In this document: in pieces, positions 44,011 to 56,586 of the stretch
Layout: each line of letters starts with the position of its first letter
Position numbering within the stretch: position 1 is the stretch's first letter
NCBI GenBank assembly: GCA_016906335.1
Contig: JADEYG010000012.1
Coordinates: forward strand, 434,001-498,000
Direction of reading: 5' to 3'
DNA length: 64,000 nucleotides
From: Novakomyces olei
Lineage: Eukaryota
The notes under the pieces: model-generated
Told to the model about the DNA's origin: nothing
Databases searched by the model: none
What the model saw: the letters and a program-made list of their open reading frames with translations, nothing else
Made by a program: the position numbers and the translations under genes

Positions 44011-44199
44011 TCTGGCCGAAACTTTTTTTTTTACCAAATTTCAGTGCCTTTATTATCAATTAGTTTTTTTATTTTTTTTTTATTTTTATCCTTTTTTCAA
44101 TACCATGTAGATTGAAGATCTATCAATTTGTTCAAGGGTTCCTTTTAGTACTTTAATTATCTCGACAAATCCATATAAAAAAATCAAAATACAACCACA

Positions 44200-44200
<1 letters not shown>

Positions 44201-44237
<37 letters not shown>
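44201..44237. repeat. Poly(dA:dT) tract in a divergent promoter
   Basis: About 37 consecutive A. Confidence 0.95.
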
Positions 44238-44239
<2 letters not shown>

Positions 44240-44572
44240 AAGATTGGCATACAGCTAAATAAAATAATACTCTGAACCCAATAATACCAATGATATAGTC
44301 CTTCAGTCGACGGCTCCACTCTCGAACAGCGTCTATTTCGCGGCATGCGCCGCGAATATAAAAGCATATTAAGCCTTTGCTGGCCGTGCTGCTCTCAGAA
44401 AAGAGTGCTACTTTCTTACTGCCCGTTGACGGTCCGATCCCGGGGAAGAGGAAGTGTCAGTCAAGCTACGAGTCTAAGGGCTTTTACTTCGTTTTCAAGG
44501 TTATCACGAAGAAAGCAGCCTGTTCATCGGCCGAATAGAATTGCATTTTGCCGGCACAGTAGGTACTCTGAC

Positions 44573-46255
44573 ATGTCTGTCTCAGCAACAGAAGCTGCTG
44601 CTGCAGAAAGAGAGCGTGAACTGCAAACGTATCGCGATCAGATCGAGCTGTATATTCGGACCTCCATGAACGGTCCAAATGTGGCAGACAAGTATATCGG
44701 GAAAGCAGATGATACGGTACTGGAAACTGAAGGCAGCACTCCAGAACGTGAGCCGAGCGTTGGTGCGAATAAAGAAGCGGATGAGCGGTCTGAGATATCA
44801 AAGGTTATGAAAAATATGGAGATAGACAGCAATAATTATGACAGACACATGAATGGAGATACCAAGGGCGGGAATGAGGAGTATGAGACGACGGGAGATG
44901 ACGCGCCAGATGTGGAACTGGATCAATTGAACTGGGCAAGGTGGGAGACCCTAATGGAGAGCGATAGTGATCAAATGCATGCTGTATTGGCGCTCAACCG
45001 CACGCTAAAAGTTCGACCAAATTGTGGAAAGACTTTGGCTTCTTTGCAGGCAATTGTGGAGAAATGGGTCCATGGCAGGAAGCAGCTTCGCACCTTTCTA
45101 CAACAATGTGTGGATCAGGGCTATGTGTACTTTGACGGTAATAATTATCGAGCCGGTTCCTTTTGTGATTTCCTATGCCGACCACGTGTAGTATCACAAG
45201 CAAATTTTGATAGTGAGAAGCTGTCTGGTGAACTGGAAGCACTGTACACCGAGTTATTACCCAGCATAGAAGAGTCTTCCAAGCGCAGTGGTCTCGTGAA
45301 ACGGATTGAGCGTCGAATAACCAAGAAAACAGGTCAGACAATGGTAACGGTGAGGCCGTTTGGTTCCTATGTGAATCGGCTTTACATGGATGGTTCTGAT
45401 CTTGATCTTTGTGTTACCGTTGCACCTAGGCTACGTACAAAGTTCAGGGCTGGTTTCATCAAGGTGGACACTATTCGCCAGGCGCTTAAAAAATTTGCTG
45501 TAAAAGACACGGCTATCGCTGTTCCAGGGGCAAGGGTGCCTATATTCTCTTTTCGTGATGAGCGTACCCAGATAAAAGTAGACATAAACGTGGGCCATAC
45601 ACTGGGAATCGAAAATTCGAATCTAATAAGGCTTTATACTATGCTGGACGAACGAGCTCGAGCCTTATTGTACCTGGTCAAGCATTGGGCCAAAGCCCGT
45701 GGTATAAACAAACCGGCGGAGGGCTCGCTATCTAGCTATTCTTATATACTGATGGCTATTCATTTTCTTCAGCAAACGCGACCGCCAGTACTTCCCGTGG
45801 CCCATGAGTGCAAGCCTAGCGTTTCACATCGGCACTTTCATCAAGAAGGCCAGTCGGTTATTGATGCGTCTTACTGTGATCGGCCTCTTGTCCTACGCGC
45901 TGCTGTAGCCGGGCCAAGTGGCAAAGTAGCGGGAAACACGGACACTTTGGGACAGTTACTCTTTGGCTTCTTTGCGTACTATTCAGGCCATCAAGGGTTA
46001 GGGTCATTGGCTCCCTTTGATTTTCAAAAGAATTGTGTTCAGATAGTGAGTTTGGAACCGGTGACAAAATCTGCCGTGCCCAAGGCAGTTCGTGTTTCCC
46101 CCATCACCGTACTGGACCCACTGATCCCTCGGAATTGTAGTATTATGGTAACTGGTGGCGCTGTTCATCTTTTAGGCGCAGAACTAGAGCGAGCGTATCA
46201 GTTACTGCATGACGGCCATTGCTTTGAGCATTTGTTGTCTGATAGATATCTTTAA
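44573..46255 (+). CDS. Cid1-family non-canonical poly(A)/poly(U) RNA nucleotidyltransferase
   Basis: PFGSYVNRLYMDGSDLDL, ARVPI, KVDIN, VKHWAKARGIN..GSLSSYSYILM..QQTRPPVLP; start chosen at MSVSAT (upstream in-frame ATG at 44345). Confidence 0.9.
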   Translation: MSVSATEAAAAERERELQTYRDQIELYIRTSMNGPNVADKYIGKADDTVLETEGSTPEREPSVGANKEADERSEISKVMKNMEIDSNNYDRHMNGDTKGGNEEYETTGDDAPDVELDQLNWARWETLMESDSDQMHAVLALNRTLKVRPNCGKTLASLQAIVEKWVHGRKQLRTFLQQCVDQGYVYFDGNNYRAGSFCDFLCRPRVVSQANFDSEKLSGELEALYTELLPSIEESSKRSGLVKRIERRITKKTGQTMVTVRPFGSYVNRLYMDGSDLDLCVTVAPRLRTKFRAGFIKVDTIRQALKKFAVKDTAIAVPGARVPIFSFRDERTQIKVDINVGHTLGIENSNLIRLYTMLDERARALLYLVKHWAKARGINKPAEGSLSSYSYILMAIHFLQQTRPPVLPVAHECKPSVSHRHFHQEGQSVIDASYCDRPLVLRAAVAGPSGKVAGNTDTLGQLLFGFFAYYSGHQGLGSLAPFDFQKNCVQIVSLEPVTKSAVPKAVRVSPITVLDPLIPRNCSIMVTGGAVHLLGAELERAYQLLHDGHCFEHLLSDRYL

Positions 46256-46566
46256 AATAGAAATTAATGTGTATATACAAACATGGCTCTCTAATTATTA
46301 AAACTAAGAAAGCGTAGATCAAACAAGGCAGCTGGCTGGTCGTCGATTAAATTAATATAGGGCAAATGTTGCTGATGCATCAGAACTTCTCTGCAATCAA
46401 CAAGGGAGACCTGGTGCGCGCCGGTTCCCTCCTGCTTTGGCATGAAAATCATCATATGCAGGAGCAAATATGTTGCTTTACGTCATTTTACTGATCGCTG
46501 TTTAGTGACCACCACTTTTTGTTTTTATCTAGAAAGATTACGCGCCAACGGTTGGATGGTATAGGG

Positions 46567-46578
46567 ACGGGCCCCGTT
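46567..46578 (+). promoter_or_regulatory. ACGGGCCCCGTT (CGG-N3-CCG) candidate TF site upstream of STR3
   Basis: Identical 12-mer in the same relative orientation upstream of GGT (54040-54051). Confidence 0.3.
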
Positions 46579-46873
46579 GGTAAAACGCCAGTCACATAAA
46601 AATATTTGATCTTTTTCGTAACAGCCAAAGTCGACCATTGCCAACAAAATGAGATTGGCAGCAAGCACTCGGCGCTCTTCAGGTTTTGCTAATATATAAA
46701 ATGCGTTATATAGTTCGCCTATAATCGAAGTATGATCAGTATCAAAAAAATAAATAGTTAAAAAAATAATCAGAATAAGTAAAAAGTATAATTAGTAAAA
46801 AGAATAATCAGTTAAAAGAATAGTCAATAAAAAGACTAATCGTGATTTACAAAATAATTTAATCCAAACGGCA

Positions 46874-48367
<1,494 letters not shown>

Positions 48368-48567
48368 AATGATTCAAGGAATCTGTATTATTACAAAGAA
48401 CATGTGTGCAATATGGCTGGATATATGGCTCGTTTGAGCGTAAAAACGCAATATATATCAATACATTTATTTGAATATTATAATATTACATACGATGTGA
48501 TTCCTTCCACATATAACTAAATAATCTGTACAAAGTTCTGATCAGGAAAAAAAAAAAAGAAAAGAAC

Positions 48568-51028
48568 TTAAGCCCTTCTCTCGGCTAGTCGCCTACTTGA
48601 CCTTAACACGCGCGACGGTTCTCTCGTCTCTTGCTCAGATTTGGCTTTTCTCTTTGCTTGCGTAGGTTTGTTCTTGCTTTCAGCTTCTTTTTTTGCATCA
48701 ATTGGTTCGTGTTTTGCGATTCTTCGTCCAGGTTTGCCTTGAATATGCTCGAGACTTGCAAAATTCGCCGTTTCTTCTTTGCCTTGGTCATTCATATGTT
48801 GGCCATTAACATTGGCTAGCGCTGAATCGCCCTGTGCAAAAGTTTCTAGAGACTTTTCAGGAGGTCCGTTAGGCGAAAAAAGGCTTTGACTAGCTTTGGA
48901 GGGCACGTCGGTATTTCGTGGTGGAGATTGTTTGGCTTTTTTTTGGTTAAGTAGCCTTGCAGCTCGTCTTGAAGGATTCGTTCGGCGGGCCTGTCTCTTT
49001 TCATCCCTATTTTCCTTCGGCATCTTTACTTTATCATTCATTTCTTCCACAGAATTTTCAATGCTTGAATCAGATTTTCTTTGATGCGAATGTTGAACCT
49101 CCAACGGAGACTCCAAATCTGCCGTGCCTGGTTCAGATACCTCAAGAGTGGCAGCAGCGTTACTTGAACCTGAGCTTTGTTCATAGACCTGTACAGCTTC
49201 AATCTCTGCAGAGCAGCTTATTGGATCGTCCTCGAGCTCTTGCTTGTGGCCTTTATTGAATATTGCCTTTCCCATTTGCTTTTGCTCTTTAGCTGGACTC
49301 GTGTTCTTTTCCTCTGATACAATTCTTTTCTTTGATTTTAACTTGCTCCTTTGCGGCTGTTGGCTCTGATTCAGAACTGGGGCCTTAAGCCGTTTGGGTA
49401 GCGTTTGAACACCCATGTTTCCCTGTGTCTTTCTTTTGCCTTGCTTGATCGCGTGCATTACTGGTATATTTCCAGTATTGCTCTCGCTCAGAGGTAAGAG
49501 CAGCGGCTCTTGAGATGCTTCAACAAAGCTTGAATCGGTCGTTTGCAAATTTGTCTTTTGCTCTATTGAATGAGAAATCTCGGGCGGTGTAGCTTTAACC
49601 TGGATGGACCCCAGGTCGAAAGCATCCTGAGAGGTCGACTCCATTGCAATCGGAGCAAGTCGTTTCGGCTGTGAAGAATATTTGGTCGTTTTAGCTGCAA
49701 CACTGGGGCTGGAGCTATTGCTTGCAGGCAAAGTCTTGGTCTGGATTGGAGTAGGAGACGGCTGCATTGCTTCTGCTCCACCAACCACAAGCTCTGATTG
49801 TGGCGATACTCCTGCAGCTTCAATCAGACGTACTGCTTTGGGTGTGTTTTTTTGACGTGCTTTCATAGATGCCTTGTACAGGTCTCTTAGCCGGGAAGAA
49901 AATGAATCCTAGTTTAATGCTTAGCAAATATGTACAGCATAGAAGTAAAAACAAAGAAGGAAAGAAATTCATTAATGTTTTAATTAATTAACAAAATAGA
50001 AATGAGGAATAACCGCCAAGCTTAGATAAACGTACTTGCTCAAACTGGTCCAGGTCGGGAATATCGTACTCGGGGATATGAAGCTTGAAAAACGTGTCCT
50101 TGGCGTTCGAGTCAAGCTTTTTCCGTGTTCTTCTGCCGGGCTTTGGTCCCTGTGTCCGTGCAGAGTCTGGGTGTGGTATATCCATGGTATTTAAAAGCAT
50201 CAAAGAGGGTATAATCTGTTCCTTAGTAAAAGCAGAATATTCGTGTATATACCTGGTCAATGGCAATAGCGCCGTCATGATCGCTCCAATATTTAGAGTC
50301 CCAAAATGTATCATGGTCTGATCTTGTGTATGCTTTGTGATTCTTTGAGCACCATGCTGCGTTTTCCATGTACGCATGAAGCAAATCAAAGAGCCATTTC
50401 TCCTCTTCCGTGTCCTTTATCGATCATTAGTCTGGAACGGATCATTTTTATTTTATTTATTTGTTTTCGTGCTCTAAACGTATTCACAAATGACGTCGTT
50501 TAAACTTACCGGCAAAAGGGCCTTGAGTGGATCGAGGTGAGCAGCATGTGAAGCGTCCCACAGATATTGCAAATAGAACTGCAGCCAGTAGCGATCGAGA
50601 TCCGAGGTTGTACCGCTAAAGAATTGCAAAAAATTGTTTCCAAACCCAAACAAGTCCGTACTTTGCGCAACGTGATCTTCCACGCAAAAATCCGATCTAG
50701 CGATTCGAGCTAAACATGTCTGCCTTGTCAGCACATTGATAACGGGATAATGTTATGGTAAAACGAAATTGCTCTCACATTTGAATGTGGCTCTGCAAAT
50801 AAGGTTATGCGAGTAAAAGACTCGGTTTTAGAGTATATTCGCACGTCGTCTTTCGGATCTCTATTTATAGATTAGATCTCGACGTAACTAAAATTAAATA
50901 AATTACGCTCCAATAGTAAACGGTCGGCCCGTCACAACGCTGCAAACTGCCAATGGGTAGACAGAGTACTCATTAGTTATCAATACAAACGGTCCTTTCC
51001 GCGGTACCGCGTCCCCCACAAATGCCAT
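48568..51028 (-). CDS. Six-exon ~698-aa protein: FHA-like N-terminus, long disordered basic C-terminus; introns 50861-50906, 50720-50778, 50415-50509, 50216-50252, 49909-50035
   Basis: Five GT-AG introns with CTAA/CTGA branch sites give one open frame from MAFVGDAVPRKGPFVLIT..PFTIGADPKDDVRIY into the 432-aa ORF. Confidence 0.75.
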
Positions 51029-51063
51029 TTCGCGTAAACAGTGGATCGGGATAGGTATAAACA

Positions 51064-51140
<77 letters not shown>
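51064..51140. repeat. (AAT)~25 with two ACT interruptions
   Basis: Fills most of the interval between divergent ATGs at 51028 and 51161. Confidence 0.95.
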
Positions 51141-51160
51141 CAATAAAATATACTTTGATC

Positions 51161-51628
51161 ATGGCAAACGCGGCAGCAAAGAAACAGGCGGCCAGCAATG
51201 CCGCCTTTATTTCACAGCATCGACGGATATTTGCTGCAATATTGGCATTTTATATCATAATACAAGTGGCCGTGCGGCGAAGAGGGCTAATTTTGACTAT
51301 TCGCTCTGGGATTATTCCTCTATTGATCGCGATCGTGTCACAGACATCGTTGGAGAGTTTTGGCAAGAGCCCAGCGTACGATCTTAGAAGGGCGTCTGGT
51401 CCTATTGAATGGGTCGCGGATATTATGTACTTGTCGTGGACGGCCATAATAATCACAGCAATTTCTCGAGCTTCATGGGGTCTTGCTCTTTATTTACTTG
51501 TTCCTGCTTATGCAGCCATTCGTATTTTTGCGCTCATTCGTGGCTATCGCCAAGGCCCTGATACACAGCCTGTAACCGCAGCAGCAACTTCAAAGCGCCA
51601 ACAAAAGCTGGCAAAGCGACAGTCATAA
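51161..51628 (+). CDS. SND2: SRP-independent targeting protein Snd2 / TMEM208 (DUF788)
   Basis: MANAAAKKQAASN, TM segments, DL..EWVADIMYLSW, YLLVPAYA, SKRQQKLAKR. Confidence 0.88.
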   Translation: MANAAAKKQAASNAAFISQHRRIFAAILAFYIIIQVAVRRRGLILTIRSGIIPLLIAIVSQTSLESFGKSPAYDLRRASGPIEWVADIMYLSWTAIIITAISRASWGLALYLLVPAYAAIRIFALIRGYRQGPDTQPVTAAATSKRQQKLAKRQS

Positions 51629-52027
51629 CTTTATACAGTATCATGCTGTGAAGTTTAGTCTGCCCTGTCATAGTTAAAATTTGGCAAGAATGTTGAATGA
51701 AAATACAACGAGATATAATCGTAAAGCAGCAAAATTGGATTTGATTTTATGTGATCGGGCAATGAAATTTGGTTCGCTTGGACTGCTGAGAAATAGGACG
51801 TTCTCGCAATATTTAATGACATATATTAATGTTTTGTCTGTAGACGTAAGTTTATGTATTTCTATATTACAGTATTATTGCCATTTAAAACACTGTTTAT
51901 CAGTGTATTGGGAATGAAAAGACACCTTAGACCATGGCAGCGGTTGCAATCTGAAAATTGTAAACCATTAAAGCCAGCCCCATTCGGCAAACGGAGTCTT
52001 GGTTTTCATGTGCATTATAAAACGTTT

Positions 52028-53868
52028 CTAATAACCGGCGGCGATTCCATGTTTGCGGGGATCGCTCTAAGCGTGTTAGTCAAGACTCATGAAGGTAAAT
52101 AAGTCAAACAAAACACATAATAATCAATCAATCAAAGAATAAAATTAGTGAAAAAAATAGTGGATTAAAAGATAAATCAAGTAGCCCGAAAAGCACTAAC
52201 CATTGCGTATAGCGTGTCGTTTGCACGCAATATTGCTTGTACTTCACTACGCGGAAGATTTGGTGGAAACAGATCCATTACATGGCCACGGTCGCGTAAA
52301 GCCTGCTGTATAAAAGGGTGCAGGCTCTCCTCGACAGACACGACATCCGGCAGCAGTTGATGGTGCAGTCTCGGCCCGTCTACAGTCGACTGTAGCCCTT
52401 CTTGCGCATCACGAATCCTTACAATAGCATCAAGAACAGCCGTAACAATACGTGAACCTCCAGATGCGCCTAAAACTAGCCTCAGGGCTCCTGTAGCAGC
52501 ATCTACCAGAACCGCAGGCGCCGAGGACGACAACGGCCTTTTTCCAGGTTCAGGGTAGTTGAAGGGCGAAGGCAAAAGCCCAAAGGCATTAGGTACACCA
52601 GGCGTAGCAAAGTCGTCCATTTCATCGTTCAGTACGACTCCGGTTTCCGCGTCCAGCACGCGCGAGCCAAACAGAAGATTTACAGTAGACGTTAGCGAAA
52701 CTGCCATGCCATCCGCGTCCACTACCGCCAAGTGTGTAGTCCCGTGATTCTCGGGTACGTCATAGTGTGCCCCGTACTCGCGCCAGGGGCGCGTCGCGTT
52801 CAGCGAGATATTACCCCGCACTGCAGTGGCGTGTTTGTCGCTCATAACCTCCTCGATCCGGTGCAGTTGCTCCGCTTTCAGATATGCGGGGTCGCCTAAT
52901 TCGGTACGTGCGGCGGCCACATACTTCATTGCCTCCACGGTCACGTGCGCCCTTTCGCCGGGACCGTACGTGGGCAGGTCTAGACCATTGAGCACTTTGA
53001 GTGCGTGTACAAGAGCGGGCCCGCTCGCCGGTGCCGGACAAGTAAACACGTCGTCATCGCGATAACGTGTCTGTAAAGCGGGCTGAACGCGTACACGATA
53101 ATCATTAAAATCGCGTGTTGTCAGTACACCGCCGGCCGCCTGCGCAGCGCGTACCAGCGAACGCGCAATCTTACCCGTGTAAAACGCGGACGCTCCGTCA
53201 CGTGACACTGCATCTAGTGTGCGGGATAAATTGGTGCGCGTAACGATATCTCCCTTTTTGATTATTTTTCCCGTGGGCGCCAGAATGGCAGCCCACGCGG
53301 GATCTTTGAGCATTGTCGGGAAAAGTCGGGTACGGTATGCCAGCTCAGTGCCGGCCGGGAATCCGTCACGTGTAAGCTCCGCCACTGGGGCCACTAATGT
53401 AGCCCACGCAAGACGGCCATGGCGCTGCCACGCTGCCTCCAAGCCGGCTAATTCGCCCGGGACTCCGGCCGCGAGACCTCCGATCTGGGCCAGTTCGTGT
53501 CGGCCGGCAAACATGCCGGGGTAAGCGGCAGCCGGGGCCGCCTCCCGAAAATCCACACACTCGGCAGTTGACGTGTTGTGTATAAGCATGAAGCCACCGC
53601 CACCGATCCCGCTGGAAAACAGGTTGACTGCGCCGATACAGAGCGTAGCAGTTATCGCCGCATCGACGGCGTTACCACCGGCGCGTAAAATATCGACTCC
53701 CATCTGCGAACAAAGCCGGCGCTCTGTCGCTACTGCGCCGTGGGATGCGGTTATCAGGACACTGTCCATACGTGGGGGCCATTTCCATGAACTGGTAAAT
53801 GTGAATGCTGTCGCCAGTACAACAAACAACGCGACGCACGCGCCCATCACGGCCCTTTCGACCGACAT
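52028..53868 (-). CDS. ECM38: Gamma-glutamyltranspeptidase; intron 52067-52200
   Basis: N-terminal TM anchor, GGNAVDAAI, SGIGGGGF, HGTTH (catalytic Thr), LNDEMDDF, PGKRPLSS, last exon SDPRKHGIAAGY*. Confidence 0.95.
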
Positions 53869-54039
53869 GGCTGCGTCGCATGCGCAGGGAATGTCGGACT
53901 CGTTGGTTTATAGACGTATGACGAATCCTGTACCACAGACTCCTCGATAAGAAATGATCAATTAATAATAAATTATACTATTATATTCGTTTATTTTAGA
54001 CAATACATCCGTATTTAATTTACTTGTGATTAATAAACG

Positions 54040-54051
54040 AACGGGGCCCGT
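54040..54051 (-). promoter_or_regulatory. ACGGGCCCCGTT candidate TF site upstream of GGT
   Basis: Same 12-mer as at 46567-46578. Confidence 0.3.
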
Positions 54052-54126
54052 TTATATTTGAAAATTCAATAGCATGGAAAATTCAAGTAATCAGAAAGTC
54101 TAGTAGAATGTATAATTATTGTTTAA

Positions 54127-54134
54127 CACGTGAT
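54127..54134 (-). promoter_or_regulatory. ATCACGTG E-box (Cbf1-type RTCACRTG) upstream of GGT
   Basis: Consensus match only. Confidence 0.25.
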
Positions 54135-54426
54135 CTGCACGTAAGCAAATTGATAGCGATCGCGTAAGCAAAGTGATGGCTATGTATATGGTTGATCTCT
54201 AATCTAGAATAGCGGACTTTAATACATTGTTAATGCAATGTATCAGATTAGCCAATCTTGTAAGATATTGGCTCAACGAAGGCTGAAACGAAGGTTGAAT
54301 AATTATTGATGGCACGTGCTTCATGCCCCACACCAGTCCTGTCGCACGGTTTGTAATTAAAATTCATTCTCCGCACTCGTTCATAATGTAATATGCCGTT
54401 GGCCTAGAGTATTTGCCTCATCGCGC

Positions 54427-55005
54427 ATGGCCGCTGATCCGGCGCTTATAATAAGCAATGCTAAAAGACTCGAACCCGATGATTCTGCCGCTCAACAGAT
54501 TCGCGAATTGGAATATCAGTGCGACGCGCTGGAACAGAGCAAAAGGTAGTTGCGCCTTATTCTTGCTTATACTAATTACGCCAGACAAGTACAGTCGTCT
54601 TTGCAGCAAGTAACTGAGCAGTACAATGATTTAATTGAGCGCCATGTGCTGCTGGAAGGTGAATTTGAACTTGCGAAACAAGCGGCGGCAACTCGTTCCG
54701 AGGAGGAAGTCTGTCAGCTACGAAATCGCGTCAAAGAATTGGAAGACGTTCTATCAGCCGCACTGAGAGCAATGCCTTGCTTGCACCGCCCTGAGCCCCG
54801 TTCAAGGCTTTCGTGGCCCGTTTATAGTGTCACCCACACGCGTCTGTCAAGGCCGCCACTTACGTCACATTCTCGGTGGGCCAATACTGCTGTTCACGAC
54901 TATCGGACTAATGGGAAGAGTGGAATACCGCTACCGCAGGTCTACTTGACCCGGCGCCGTCGTTTAGGGCAAATAAATCGATGTGCAAAGGAAATAGATC
55001 GTTAA
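54427..55005 (+). CDS. Short NudE/NDEL1-like coiled-coil protein; intron 54546-54584
   Basis: Spliced IRELEYQCDALEQSKRQVQSSLQQVTEQYNDLIERHVLLEGEF resembles the NudE core as I recall it ([38 protein letters not shown]). Confidence 0.7.
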
Positions 55006-55776
55006 TTGAAGATGGAACCAGTACTTTTCATGGCGAACAGCAATGCGATCTATCGCTTTCACTATACATATTTATAATTTCGAAAAAGTACAAGGCTTGT
55101 TTATATCTCTTGTAAATCCAAATTATTTCGTAATTTCAACAAGTATTACTGCCTAGTATTACATACAAGTAACGTTGCAGTTACGCTACAGATTTTTCAG
55201 AATCAATTATGCAGAGTCCGATGATTTATAATCATGCATAACTGTCTTACTTGATGAAACAAAGTAGCTTATATCGGGATTGGTATCAGACTAAAAAATT
55301 TATGCATGCAAGACAATATATCGATGTGCTCTTTGATCAAATCATGATTAATTTATCTATAATAATAAGCCAATTCATAACAGCCTCAATGCATAGATCA
55401 AAAAAAGGTAAACATGTGAGTGAAGAACGTCTTTGTAGTATCGTCATTCAATCAATGTTCCGTGCCGCGTAGCGTGCTCATAACTGAAACGCGTAAAGTT
55501 CCAGCTAAGGCAATTTCGAAGCGCGACTGTGATACACGTAAAACTCAGCTTCAAAAAGGTGTGTGTGTATATGTACATAATTGTGTAAATGTACATAATT
55601 TTGTACAGTCAAGAGTGTGTACGACAAACTTGTACAATTAAAGAGATGTGTGTACCGGATGTGCGCATACCAAAATTTGGTGCGTATACTCGGCTGAGGA
55701 GACCGGTCATGTGGTAATTATTACACACATGTAAATCATTATTTTATATTTTAAAAAACAATAATCGATAATCGCT

Positions 55777-56262
55777 TCAATCACCGGCTCGGAGCCACGC
55801 CGGGTCCGGACCCCGCAAAGGCCGGAATGGTTCTGTTTGTAGACTTGTGCTGCTCTGGTCCGGTTCCTCGCCAGAAAGCAAATAGTAGAACAAATCGACA
55901 TCGTCTGCGGTGAACCCGCCGCCAGTGCCTACGGCTGCTGAAGCGGCTGCACTGACAGCAGTTTCAGCATTTACAGTCTGACGAAGGAAAAAACTGTCAT
56001 TGCTGAGCTCGGAAAACCTTTCTGATTCGCAGTCTTCCACCAAAACTCCATCTTTGCCTGCAGTAGCCGAGGCAGCAGCGGTCGCAGAATTTACTGCTGC
56101 TGCTGCGACAACAGCAGCAGCATTGAATAAATGTGGTTCATAAAGTGCGAGTAAATCCTCCACTGGCTGCTGCTGGATGAATCGGTAAAGCATGGTATCG
56201 TTGTCCGCGTGTGTGCCTGCCAACGCCAATTCGCGTCTCAGATTGTGTAATATGTCCTCCAT
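55777..56262 (-). CDS. Hypothetical acidic, Ala-rich protein (161 aa)
   Basis: Clean ATG-TGA ORF, GC-richer than its flanks, TATATAA about 50 bp upstream; no domain recognised. Confidence 0.65.
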   Translation of the reverse strand: MEDILHNLRRELALAGTHADNDTMLYRFIQQQPVEDLLALYEPHLFNAAAVVAAAAVNSATAAASATAGKDGVLVEDCESERFSELSNDSFFLRQTVNAETAVSAAASAAVGTGGGFTADDVDLFYYLLSGEEPDQSSTSLQTEPFRPLRGPDPAWLRAGD

Positions 56263-56576
56263 TTCTTCGTGAACTGTGTGCCTCTGCTCGACGTTGCCTT
56301 GTGCTCCTGTTATATACGCAATAAACGTATTTGTAATGAATATCGTATTTCTAATATTTGTAATATTTGTAATAGTATTATCTCAATTGGATAAGCACCA
56401 AATCGGTTACGAGGGAGGATAGTATTTATAATCGGTATAATCTATCGCTTTATTGCGAATTACCTAGCTGATCGGCGGCGATACCTGTCAATGCGCGGGC
56501 CGACACCGGATACGGAGTCGGCATTTCGGGCGTTAATCTGCCGATTTAAAATCTGCAATACAAATCGGTGTTTGTG

Positions 56577-56586
56577 GTCACGTGAC
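56577..56586. promoter_or_regulatory. Palindromic GTCACGTGAC E-box (Cbf1/bHLH-type)
   Basis: Perfect 10-bp palindrome about 315 bp upstream of the 161-aa ORF. Confidence 0.35.

Noticed and set aside
52028..53868. High GC content of GGT as a sign of horizontal transfer
   Set aside because: It has a spliceosomal intron and a eukaryotic type II TM anchor; CPY and GPM1 are also GC-rich
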